A stretch of 63,889 nt of DNA, the filler included, from Octopus bimaculoides (Eukaryota), in assembly GCF_001194135.2 (NCBI RefSeq). It is 4 parts of 4 records of this genome, joined end to end, with 100 filler letters (N's around TTAATTAATTAA, not from the genome) between each part and the next. Parts side by side here need not be neighbours in the genome. Positions count along the whole stretch, not along the records: positions 27,640 to 52,262 come from NC_068985.1; positions 52,363 to 62,666 come from NC_068994.1; 2 more parts are not named here. The stretch is one strand, 5' to 3'. This document shows, in pieces, positions 50,141 to 61,557 of the stretch (the first letter of the stretch is position 1; each line of letters begins with the position of its first letter). The position numbers and the translations under genes were made by a program. Below the pieces are notes generated by a model. It saw only the letters and a list, made by a program, of their open reading frames with translations, was not told the origin of the DNA and searched no databases.

Positions 50141-51994
50141 CTAGAGTATAAAAAAAACTGTTTCCTTTTGCCAGGCCATGTCCAGCCAGTGTAGCAGAAT
50201 AGGCTCGGCAAAACAGTATTGTCTCAAACTCAAAATTCACGGCCTCTACATCGGACTATGGTTGATGGACAGAATATACTGAGGACTTCATCCTGCAAGA
50301 GGCTGAACACACGCAATCCAATACAAAAATACTTTTCGCAGGCCGATTTTTTTTTTAATGACGTTCTGTGTTTAATAGCACAGAAGTTTCTCTGGGATCA
50401 CATATTTCAGCAACAGTGGTTCAACGTTTTATGCTTTATTCCTTGTAGTCACTGAAATGCGGCCATACTGGGACATCGCTTTAAAGGACTGAATTAAATC
50501 GATTCCAGTACTTACTTTTTAAAAAGCTTAGTACTTATTCTATCTTTTTTGTCGAACTGGGGATGTAATTAAACCAACGCCAGTTGTCAAGCTATGGTGA
50601 GAGATAAATTACAAAGACGCACACAAATTACAAAGACACACACAAATTACACACAGCAAGATCGAACCACAACGGTTTCTCGAAGGCCACCTGACATTGA
50701 GGAACTGGTGAATCACGTGTAAAACGGATGCGCTTCGCCGAAAAGTACGAGGTATTTTCCGGTGAAGAAAACCAACAGTGACAAGATATTCACGTTCGAA
50801 TCTGCCAGAACTTATCAAGAAAGAATAGATACGTTATTATTATTCCAAAATAATTCCAAAATGGTAATACTGCTAGAAATGAAGCTAGAAATCTGTCTTT
50901 GAATGTATGAGAGTCACGTTGGCTCTTTAAAGTTACTTGTTTAACACATTCAACTTTGCAAACGTATCTACCAAATTATTCACATAAAACTTAGTCATTA
51001 CTTGTTATTGTTTCAAACAAAGCTTCACTTACACGAAATCCTTCGAAAAGTCCCCAAAAATGTCAAATAGTTCCATGGAAGTTTTGATAGTGTTAGGTAC
51101 ATTATCAAAACGCAGAAGATTAATGTACCCATTATGCATTAATCTTCCTCTTCTCTATCATTATATAAACATTTTAAAGAGACGGTCACATTTATTATTT
51201 GCTTTGATAATGTTGAGGCATTTTATTACTAACTTATATCTCACTTAAAACAGATGAAACAGTTTAAACAAGTAAATTTCCTCTATAAGTAGCACAATAT
51301 TTCAATAACTTCCTGGAATGTCCCTTTTCGCTAATTTAAACAACCATTTTTCTTGCCCATCAAAGCAAGTGCATCATCTGCCACACCATATTCGTTGTTT
51401 TCTAGTAGAATTTTGATGCTACTTGACTAGTTTTTATGTTTAATATAGATATCAATGACAGAGGTAGTGCTTCATAACATACGGAAAATAACTTTTCAAA
51501 ATGTTTCATGATCAATATATTTCATAGATGCCAGCAATATGGCCTCACTGCTTCTTACAGTATATTTATCCACCTGTATTGTTAGTATCATTGATTTTTT
51601 AACTTTTCAATAACCTCCACTTCAATTTCCCTCTAGAGTATGATTTTGTGCAGTGAACAAAGATCTGATTGTTTTACTTTGAAACTTATTTCTTTCATTT
51701 ATTCGAAACATTCCAGTTTTGAACTTAAATGAAAGCTGTTTTGCTTTCAAATGAGCCTCCAGACGGTTGCGTTTCATCGATTGTTGCAACATTAGGGGAA
51801 TAACAATAAAAAAAAGCATCCTCGTTTGTTATGTATAAAACCGAGCTTCAAATACGGTTCTACAGACTGACGGGGTTTTATTTGGCTTCACTTGGTCGGT
51901 TAAATCATAGAGTCAATAAATGCACAGAGAAATAAAATACTTTGTCAATAACATGCAAAATAATGTAAAATGTAGTTTCTAGTGATTTAATAAT

Positions 51995-52036
<42 letters not shown>

Positions 52037-52504
52037 CATACGCATACATAGATACACATATAGAGAGAGATACATGTACATATGTATACAGACATATACA
52101 GGTGTATACATATATACGAGTTTAAAATTTCGAAAAAAACAGAATACGCACGTAATGTAATCAATTTAATAACATAGTTGATTTATATATATATATAAAT
52201 ATATACTGACATTCATATACATATATATATATATATATAGATATATATATATATATAGATATNNNNNNNNNNNNNNNNNNNNNNNNNNNNNNNNNNNNNN
52301 NNNNNNTTAATTAATTAANNNNNNNNNNNNNNNNNNNNNNNNNNNNNNNNNNNNNNNNNNNNTATATATATATATATATATATCTTGAGAGTTTCGTCCT
52401 GCTATGTATATATGCATATATGTATGTATACATATATATACATGTATGTGTGTGTATGTGTTAAATACATATACATACACACATGTGCACACACACACAC
52501 ACGT

Positions 52505-52546
<42 letters not shown>

Positions 52547-52782
52547 ATATTGCTACCTTACGTTGGACCATTGGGCTGTTAATATTCTTTCACACTATTA
52601 ATTCAAGTTTATCTCCCTTTCTCTGTCTCACCCTCTCTCTATTCCCTCCTCTCACTCTCTCTCTCTTTCTCTCTACCTGTTACACACACATGAATGAACA
52701 CATACGCACACTCTGCCTTCCTTTGTTTCTTTCTTCCTTCAATTTTTCTCACACTCTCCTTCTTCCTCTTTTATCCAAACAG

Positions 52783-53250
52783 GTTTTGCCGGCAAGAAAT
52801 GCGAAAAGCTTCATACAGTTTCCCTACACGAAGAAGATTCATACATAAAGTTGCCAGCATTACAGGTAGACCCTAAAGCCAATATAACCATTGTGTTCTC
52901 TGCTAAGCAAGACAATGGTATTTTGCTCTACACCGGCTTCGAACAACACGTCGCAGCAGAGCTGTTCCGAGGCCGAATTAGGATCAGTTTTGATGTTGGC
53001 AACTATCCGGTATCTTCGATGTTCAGCTTCAAAACAGTAAACGATGGCCATTTCCATCATTTGCAAATGATGATTGAGAAAAAGAATTTCACCATGATTG
53101 TTGATGGAGGCATTTCCCGTACCATTGTGAACGAAGGATCTCGTGAGAGCCTGGATGTCTCCGATTCCTTGTATCTTGGAGGACTTCCTCCTGATGTCAA
53201 TGACAGGGCTCTGAAAAATTGGCATATACGAGACAAATCTAGCTTTGTTG
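52783..53250 (+). CDS. slit: Slit exon: end of an EGF repeat and most of the laminin G domain (468 nt, phase 1-1)
   Basis: The acceptor ...TCTTTTATCCAAACAG follows a long pyrimidine tract, and the donor is G|GTGAGT. Translation is GFAGKKCEKLHTVSLHEEDSYIKLP...ANITIVFSAKQDNGILLYTG..HVAAELFRGRIRISFDVGNYPVSSMFSFKTVNDGHFH...LYLGGLP, which matches the Slit LamG pattern. Confidence 0.95.
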
Positions 53251-53334
53251 GTGAGTGGTACTAATGGTTTTATTTTTTTTTAGTTTTGTTTTGTCTGTGC
53301 GTGTTGGGGTATGTTTATGTACATATATAATAGG

Positions 53335-53925
53335 TGCATGTATGGCTGTGTGGTAAGAAGTTTGAATCTCAACCACATGGTTCCAGGTTCAGTCCTACTG
53401 CATGGTATCTTGAGTAAGTATTTTCAACTATAGTTTCAGGCCAACCAAAGCCTTCTGAGTGGATTTCGTAGACGGAAACTGAAAGAAACCTGTCATATAT
53501 ATATATATATATATAGGGAGAATTCACAAAAAAACAACAGACAAAGACAGGTGGTATAGAAAACAAACAGATGTATTAGTATAACGCTCGGGAATTGAAA
53601 AAGTCTTTAACGTTTCGAGCCTATGCTCTTCCACAGAAAGGAACACAGAAAGAAACAAGGAGAGAAATATATATATATATGTATGTATTCATATATGTGT
53701 GTGTGTGTGTTTATGTTTGACCCCACCACCGCTTGGCAACTGGTGTTGGTGCATTGGTGTGTTTGTGTCCCTGTAACTTAGCAGTTCAGGAAAAGAGAGT
53801 GATAGAATAAGTACCAGGCTTTAAAAAAGTCCTGGGGGCTGCGTGTACAACTAAAACTCTTCAAGGTGGTGCCCCAGCATGGCCGCAATCAAATGACTGA
53901 GACAAGTAAAATATAAAAGATAAAA
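53335..53925 (+). mobile_element. Family A SINE in a Slit intron, with a nested insertion of about 155 bp in its (TA)n
   Basis: The head at 53335-53495 and the tail at about 53700-53925 are separated by a non-SINE segment (about 53515-53668) flanked by (TA)n. Confidence 0.8.
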
Positions 53926-54014
53926 GCTACACACACACACATGTGCGCACGCAGGATGTATATTTGTGTATACATCCATATATATGATGAAAACAGTGTC
54001 AATCAAGGACATAA

Positions 54015-54215
54015 AAACAGGGTCCATTAGGAATCACTTCTGGGATGCTTAAAATATCTGGCAGAATGGGATACAGCCTAATCACCCCTATTGTCAATCA
54101 GGTTGTACAGAGAGGTGTCATACACAATGACTAGTGTATTATAGACAGCTGTTACAAGCGTAAAGAAGATGCTTTTGATAAAAGTAATTACAGAGCTGTC
54201 AAATTGTCAAGAAAG
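54015..54215 (+). mobile_element. RTE-clade LINE reverse transcriptase fragment
   Basis: Translation gives GITSGMLKISGRMGYSLITPIVNQVVQRGVIHND*...CYKRKEDAFDKSNYRAVKL. A further RTE-type 3' piece lies on the - strand at about 54335-54540. Confidence 0.65.
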
Positions 54216-54787
54216 TTATGGGGGAAATTATAGCCCAATTGATTAGGAACAGAATTAGACAACATTACTATGTATATATACATATATAAATATTTAGCCA
54301 TCCACCCATCCATCCATCCATCCATTTATCTTCACCCACTATTCTTAGAAGAGTTGTTGGTGTAGCATCCTCAGGCATCACCTCCATTGAAGCCCTTCAG
54401 AAGCAGCTGTCATTAGACTTTCTGACTGGATTCCCAGGCATGACCAACTGAGACTATAGACATTTTCCAACCATCTCTTTGATCTGCCTCAAGGTATCCT
54501 ACCAGCAGGCTTGGCTCAAGGAGTCTGCCTTGTGGTTTTATTCTGTGACACTCTAATCCTGTTTGTGGAATCAGAGTTGTGACATTAGCCATAATTCTAA
54601 TTACTAAAGTTCTCTTAGCTCATCATTTTATGCAATTAATATATAATGTAATATTGCCTTGAAGTCATATTTAGTTAATATCGTATACACGAAATACACA
54701 TACGAAATTGATATTGTTTTCTCTCTTATTTCTCATGGCTTATTTTTATTTTTATTTTTCATACGTATCGTAATACATATAAATCAG

Positions 54788-54997
54788 GATGTTTCCAAAA
54801 AGTCTTTATTAACGGACACCAATTAGACTTCAGCTCATCACTTTACAACCATAAACTAATCCCTGGATGCCAAGAGTTAAAAAAACAAGATCCATGCACA
54901 AGCCACAAATGTAAGCATGGCAAGTGCACCAGTCGTAAAGACAATACTTATAAATGCCGGTGTCGGGAAGGTTATTCTGGAACATACTGTGATGTAG
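54788..54997 (+). CDS. slit: Slit exon: end of LamG plus first post-LamG EGF repeat (210 nt, phase 1-1)
   Basis: The acceptor is AAATCAG| and the donor G|GTAAGG. It continues in frame from the previous exon: GCFQKVFINGHQLDFSSSLYNHKLIPGCQELKKQDPCTSHKCKHGKCTSRKDNTYKCRCREGYSGTYCDV. It is too short to appear in the ORF track. Confidence 0.93.
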
Positions 54998-55093
54998 GTA
55001 AGGTACCGGCTTTGATATTTTATCCTTTTATCAACATGTCTGTGTTTTTACTTGTGTCATGGAGCATCTGATTTTAATGATCGTTTTTGTGTG

Positions 55094-55311
55094 TACAAAG
55101 GAGTGCTGAAAAGTTCCTGGTTTTGAGTAAAAGAAATTACAGGATGATCAGTTAATGATTTTATTCAAAATATTCCCCTCTCAGATTCACACACTTATTG
55201 CTTCAAGTCTTTCAGTTTTCTAAGCCCTGTAAAGGAACTCAGAAAGCTGGGCTTCCAGCCAGGCCTTTCACAATATCCTTAAAGCCAGGAACTTTTTGGC
55301 ACCCTCTCGTA
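55094..55311. mobile_element. Tc1/mariner-type MITE
   Basis: Ends are TACAAAGGAGTGCTGAAAAGTTCCTGG and CCAGGAACTTTTTGGCACCCTCTCGTA, which are imperfect inverted repeats with terminal TA. Confidence 0.75.
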
Positions 55312-55324
55312 TATATACATATAT

Positions 55325-55785
55325 ATACAGGGTGTCCCATCATTAACTATCTATTTCAGTGAAATCAGACAATTTTTTGAAAAACTCACATCTATTTATG
55401 CGTATCATGTTTAATATGTGTTAAAGGTGTATAAGTTTTTAATTTTGTTGATAATTCTATTTTCATAATTTCTTATTTTATAATTATATTTTCATTTCTG
55501 TTGGATCCTACTTATTTGTCCACAACAGCTTTTTTTTTTTTTTTTTTGTCATTTTGGTTGCTATCATTTTGTCTATCTCCATAGCTAAAGAACACATTCA
55601 GTTGAAGTGCAGGAAATAACTCCTGAAATGCTTCAGAATGTGTTTTGCAATGCTAAAAATAGATTTCAGAGTTGCAGAGATACATACGGAGCACACGTTG
55701 AAAATTTTCAATTACGTTCGTATGTAAGATTTATAAATCTATTTGTTTTAGTATCATAATTAAGTNNNNNNNNNNNNNNNNNNNN
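55325..55785 (+). mobile_element. Tc1/mariner-superfamily remnant
   Basis: It starts TACAGGGTGTCCCA and includes LKEHIQLKCRKITPEMLQNVF..AKNRFQSCRDTYGAHVENF, which resembles a transposase C-terminus. It runs into an N gap. Confidence 0.5.
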
Positions 55786-56506
55786 NNNNNNNNNNNNNNN
55801 NNNNNNNNNNNNNNNNNNNNNNNNNNNNNNNNNNNNNNNNNNNNNNNNNNNNNNNNNNNNNNNNNNNNNNNNNNNNNNNNNNNNNNNNNNNNNNNNNNNN
55901 NNNNNNNNNNNNNNNNNNNNNNNNNNNNNNNNNNNNNNNNNNNNNNNNNNNNNNNNNNNNNNNNNNNNNNNNNNNNNNNNNNNNNNNNNNNNNNNNNNNN
56001 NNNNNNNNNNNNNNNNNNNNNNNNNNNNNNNNNNNNNNNNNNNNNNNNNNNNNNNNNNNNNNNNNNNNNNNNNNNNNNNNNNNNNNNNNNNNNNNNNNNN
56101 NNNNNNNNNNNNNNNNNNNNNNNNNNNNNNNNNNNNNNNNNNNNNNNNNNNNNNNNNNNNNNNNNNNNNNNNNNNNNNNNNNNNNNNNNNNNNNNNNNNN
56201 NNNNNNNNNNNNNNNNNNNNNNNNNNNNNNNNNNNNNNNNNNNNNNNNNNNNNNNNNNNNNNNNNNNNNNNNNNNNNNNNNNNNNNNNNNNNNNNNNNNN
56301 NNNNNNNNNNNNNNNNNNNNNNNNNNNNNNNNNNNNNNNNNNNNNNNNNNNNNNNNNNNNNNNNNNNNNNNNNNNNNNNNNNNNNNNNNNNNNNNNNNNN
56401 NNNNNNNNNNNNNNNNNNNNNNNNNNNAATCCTGGATATCTAGAATAAGTAGCAAATACCGGAACTTGGTAAATTTTCCATCCATAAGTTAATGTAGATT
56501 TCTTAC

Positions 56507-56509
<3 letters not shown>

Positions 56510-56570
<61 letters not shown>

Positions 56571-56714
56571 TGATGATAAAGAAATTAAAACAAATGATTA
56601 AAAAGTAATGTTTATAGTAAGAATAATCATGTAAATAACAATAATCATATTAATAATAATAATGATGATGATGATGATGATGATGATGATAATGATAATA
56701 ATAATAATAATAAT

Positions 56715-56762
<48 letters not shown>
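56510..56762. repeat. (AAT)n/(GAT)n trinucleotide microsatellite block
   Basis: Directly visible arrays. Confidence 0.95.
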
Positions 56763-57423
56763 CAGTTAATTTATCTACATAGTTCAAATAATTAAAAACA
56801 TATAACTATAAAAAAATAAACATACAGGTTAAATGAGACGATAAAAACATTATTATCATTTTAATTATTATCCTTTCAATTGTTTAGAGCTCTGTTTTGA
56901 ATTAATCATGCATTATCTTCATAGCTCAATATTTCAGTGATGTAATAGCATATTTTTAGAACGTTATTGTAGGGTAAGTGTGAGAGGCTGGATCTGGCCA
57001 GTTTGAACATAAAACGGAAAGAATGTTTGAACCAAATATGGTTGGTTTAAATGCTAAAGGGTTATGACCATGAATGAGTAGAATACCTGGTGGTATTTGT
57101 TCCAGATTCAAATCCCACTGAGATCAACCTTGCCTTTAATCTCTACAGGGTTGATGAAATAAAGTACCAGTCAATCATTTCTCTTCAAAATTGCTGGCCT
57201 TGTGCCTAAATTAGAAATCATTATATTTTCTGTCCTTCTATTCATTGAGCTGCGGCCATACTGGGACACAGCCTTATTTCTTTTCACATCAAACCCTTTT
57301 CCCCAGCTCAACTTTCTCTTTCTCTCTCTCTCTCTCTCTATGATCCCTTTGTTCTCTCTCTTTCTCTCTCTACTGAAAAATATTGATAAAGTCTATGCAT
57401 TTCCCCATTGAAATCCCTACTAG

Positions 57424-57558
57424 GTGAAGATAGAGAAGTGAAAAAGATGAACCCCTGTGACAAACATGATTGTAGGCAGGGTCGATGTACCCCCCAGAAG
57501 GACAACACATATAAATGTCGCTGTAGACGTGGTTACACTGGCCAAAGATGTGACATAG
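57424..57558 (+). CDS. slit: Slit exon: second post-LamG EGF repeat (135 nt, phase 1-1)
   Basis: The acceptor is CCCTACTAG| and the donor G|GTAAGT. Translation is GEDREVKKMNPCDKHDCRQGRCTPQKDNTYKCRCRRGYTGQRCDI, with six EGF cysteines, and the frame is compatible with both neighbours. Confidence 0.88.
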
Positions 57559-59039
57559 GTAAGTTGCTATACATATGCACCAGAGTGAACTGCTACTGCT
57601 GCTCAAAGCTTCTTGATTGGCCTGCAAAGACACTATTAAAAGTACCTTCACAGCATATACTCAGTGCACCACTGTCTAATATTTCTCAGTCTCTCTTTCT
57701 TTTTCTATTTTATCTCCTTCTGTTGTCCTCTTGCATAGTTCTCTTCAGGTTTTCTTCTCTGTGGGCTTTTGCTTGCACATACACTTATATTATATTTGCA
57801 CATAGTGAAATTTCCATTACAGATGTTAATGAAACTGGTGACTTGTTTTTATTTTTACTAATAGGATCAGTTTTCAGAAACATAATGTGTCCCATTAATA
57901 TATATATATATTTATTCATTTTGGTACATTAATGCGTCTAACTGTTTTTTCTTCAGTGTATATATATATATACACATACACACATGCACATGCACATATA
58001 TACATCCCTTATACTCATTCGTTCATTTATTTTATATATATTTCACACTTTATGAGCTGTGTTATTTTGAAGCCTTTCCTTATGCCAACCTTAACCTGTT
58101 TCTCAAGTAACAGATCTCTTATTCTGCATTGCTTTGAAGGCTGAATGTGAACGGATGATATGTTAACCTGAGAAACTAACAACACTAGCCATGCCATTAT
58201 ACAAGTGATCTTAGATGTAAGCAAACACACTGGCATTCATGTAAATGCCCACACACACACCCACACACACACATACACATACACACAAACACATACACAC
58301 ACATACACAGAAATGTCCATATGATGGGTCTTCAGTTTCCATTACCACCAAATTCACTCACAAGGCTTTGGTCAGCCTACAGCTAGAGCAGAAGACACTT
58401 TCTCAAGGCTTACCCAAGGTGCTGTGCAATGAGACTTAACTTTAAATCACATGGTCTGGAAGTGTACATCTCAGTCACACAGTTATGCACGTGCTAGGTG
58501 TGCAATAAATTATCATATAAGGTTGTGGCTCTGGATAGTATCCAAGTATTTACCATCTGAAGATACAATCCATGCTCAAGTTAACCCATTATAATTTTCA
58601 ATTATTCATCGAAAGAAAGAGGAGGGAGAATAGGAGTACTCATGTGTGTGTGAGTGTGTTTTAGAGATAACATGAAAGGAATCTCATTGGTGGATGAACT
58701 GAAACTTCATACATAATCTGCTTTAGTCTTCTGCTCACAGCATACTTGAATGAATGATTGATGAATGGTATGAATGAATGATTGATGAATAGGATGAATG
58801 AATGATTAATTACTAATTGTTCTACTAATTAATAATCTCACCAATCAATTAACTATCCAGACTGTCACTTAAACAATTACCCAAACTGTTTAATTAAACA
58901 AACAACAAACCAAAACAGAAAAAAAACATAAATCCATTAAAACTAATTGGCTAATCAAGTAACAAGCCAAGTAATTAACCTCCCAAGTTACTAATTACAG
59001 AAACAAAATAGGTAAATAATTAATCAATTAAGTACCTTC

Positions 59040-59172
59040 TCAACCAGACCAACTTACTTTTCGCTTTCAACATTCAGTGGAAGATCTTTGTGAGAAACAG
59101 ACTTTACAAGAACAGGAACAAAAGATGTAATTTATGTACGGCTGAGAAGAGTTTCATACTTAAAAACTTCAT
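59040..59172 (+). mobile_element. Penelope-like GIY-YIG C-terminal remnant
   Basis: Translation gives FNIQWKIFVRNRLYKNRNKRCNLCTAEKSFIL, resembling the W...KRCxLCxxEK motif at the end of Penelope ORFs. It is cut by an N gap. Confidence 0.55.
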
Positions 59173-59662
59173 NNNNNNNNNNNNNNNNNNNNNNNNNNNN
59201 NNNNNNNNNNNNNNNNNNNNNNNNNNNNNNNNNNNNNNNNNNNNNNNNNNNNNNNNNNNNNNNNNNNNNNNNNNNNNNNNNNNNNNNNNNNNNNNNNNNN
59301 NNNNNNNNNNNNNNNNNNNNNNNNNNNNNNNNNNNNNNNNNNNNNNNNNNNNNNNNNNNNNNNNNNNNNNNNNNNNNNNNNNNNNNNNNNNNNNNNNNNN
59401 NNNNNNNNNNNNNNNNNNNNNNNNNNNNNNNNNNNNNNNNNNNNNNNNNNNNNNNNNNNNNNNNNNNNNNNNNNNNNNNNNNNNNNNNNNNNNNNNNNNN
59501 NNNNNNNNNNNNNNNNNNNNNNNNNNNNNNNNNNNNNNNNNNNNNNNNNNNNNNNNNNNNNNNNNNNNNNNNNNNNNNNNNNNNNNNNNNNNNNNNNNNN
59601 NNNNNNNNNNNNNNNNNNNNNNNNNNNNNNNNNNNNNNNNNNNNNNNNNNNNNNNNNNNNNN

Positions 59663-59706
<44 letters not shown>

Positions 59707-60404
59707 TTATGTTTGCATGCATGATAGTATGTGTATATAGTTCTAGTCACTATACAAAACTAATTTCTTCTTTTCTGCTTCCAGAATTCATTCAAAACGT
59801 TTCTCTATTTCACTCTTACTTGTTTTGTTCCTTTTTACTTTAATAATTTTGCAGTTATATTTATCTTCAGCAGAGTGGTAGAACAGGAGAGCATTGAAAG
59901 AGATACCTTTTGTTGTTTTGGTTCAGTGCATTTTGAATTGAAATCCTGTCTCTTATTACCAGAGTATTTCAGTCAACCATTCTCATTGCCAGCACATTAG
60001 CTGGCAAAAGGGAATACAAAAGGATGTCCAAGTCCTATACATTGAACAAACAATAATATATATATATATATATATAATGTTAAATCTCTGAACGAGGTAT
60101 TAACAGTAACTGCACGACAAGGTGAAGTATATTTGCCACTTAAATGTGGATGACCCCTAAGGGCAGATGTTACTGTTGCTTTTAGCCCCAGGAGNNNNNN
60201 NNNNNNNNNNNNNNNNNNNNNNNNNNNNNNNNNNNNNNNNNNNNNNNNNNNNNNNNNNNNNNNNNNNNNNNNNNNNNNNNNNNNNNNNNNNNNNNNNNNN
60301 NNNNNNNNNNNNNNNNNNNNNNNNNNNNNNNNNNNNNNNNNNNNNNNNNNNNNNNNNNNNNNNNNNNNNNNNNNNNNNNNNNNNNNNNNNNNNNNNNNNN
60401 NNNN

Positions 60405-60437
<33 letters not shown>

Positions 60438-61027
60438 GTATATAAGGAAAGGAATGTGAAAATGCAGGATTCTTTTAAAAGCATTTATTAAGTTAACCGG
60501 TTTCACTTAATTAAAAAGATTTTCAAAAGTAAATTATGAGGTTTTCTGTATCTTCTGTGGTGTCAAAATTTAGTTTACATAAATGTATTCAAATCAAGTG
60601 ATTGAGTCTTTGACAATAAGAAAAAGTCTGAGGCAATTTTGAGCCACCATCTCTGTATAAAATAGTGGTAACTGTCAAATTCCATCCAGATGCGAGATCC
60701 TATAGTCAGATCCGAGAACTATAAATGGTCTGATATTTCTCTACTCACCTTTTTTCAATTTAAGATGCTGCAAACAATTATGGTTTCACGGTGAAACTAA
60801 AACTTTAGCACCCACTAATTGACAAACCAGGCACATTTTATCTTCTTGCCAAAAACTCTATTATTTGAATATATTTATGTAAACTAATTCTTATGATTTA
60901 TTCTGTTTTTGTGTTCCAAGTTCAAAATTTGATATGTCAGTCTACTTCATTTTTTTTATAGATAATATTATCTATATTATTATTATTATTATTATTATCA
61001 CATTCTTTTTTATTCCTCTTATTTCAG

Positions 61028-61254
61028 CACCAACTTGCCGTGACATAGCCTACAAAGAGACCCACAAGGACCCTAAGACAGGCTGCAAATCACGGACCAA
61101 GGTGAAATTTCGGCGCTGTGAGGGTTCATGTGGCCGTCACTGTTGCAAGCCGAAGAAAATCAAGACCCGCCGTGTACGACTGTTCTGTGCAGATGGAACC
61201 AATTTCGTCTATAACCTACCAGTGATCCGAAAGTGCGGTTGCAAGCGCTGCTGA
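61028..61254 (+). CDS. slit: Slit last coding exon: C-terminal cystine-knot (CT) domain and stop
   Basis: The acceptor is TTCCTCTTATTTCAG|. Translation is APTCRDIAYKETHKDPKTGCKSRTKVKFRRCEGSCGRHCCKPKKIKTRRVRLFCADGTNFVYNLPVIRKCGCKRC*, with 10 Cys in the CT pattern. Confidence 0.94.
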
Positions 61255-61521
61255 CAGAGGTCACTGCCTGGGGCAGGGGTTGGGAAAGGGATATATATGT
61301 TTACATATAGACTTACACACATGCATACACATATATACACACAGTCATCTACAGATGTGTGGATTTACATATATGCAACTGCATGTGCATGTATATATAT
61401 ATACATATGCATATACATATATATACGTGAATAGAGAAAATGAACATGTGAGAGAGAGAGAGAGCGAGAGAGAGCGAGAGAGAGGGCAAGAAAACGATGG
61501 AGTAAATGAATTTTGGATATG

Positions 61522-61557
<36 letters not shown>

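Noticed and set aside
57408-57932. 174-aa ORF starting MKSLLGEDREV
   Set aside because: Only 57424-57558 is exon. The start and the long hydrophobic tail are intron read-through past the GTAAGT donor.
60934-61027. Hydrophobic N-terminus (MSVYFIFF...IIIIII) on the CT-domain ORF that looks like a signal peptide
   Set aside because: It is the translated (ATT)n tract and pyrimidine tract of the acceptor at 61027, not a separate secreted cystine-knot gene.
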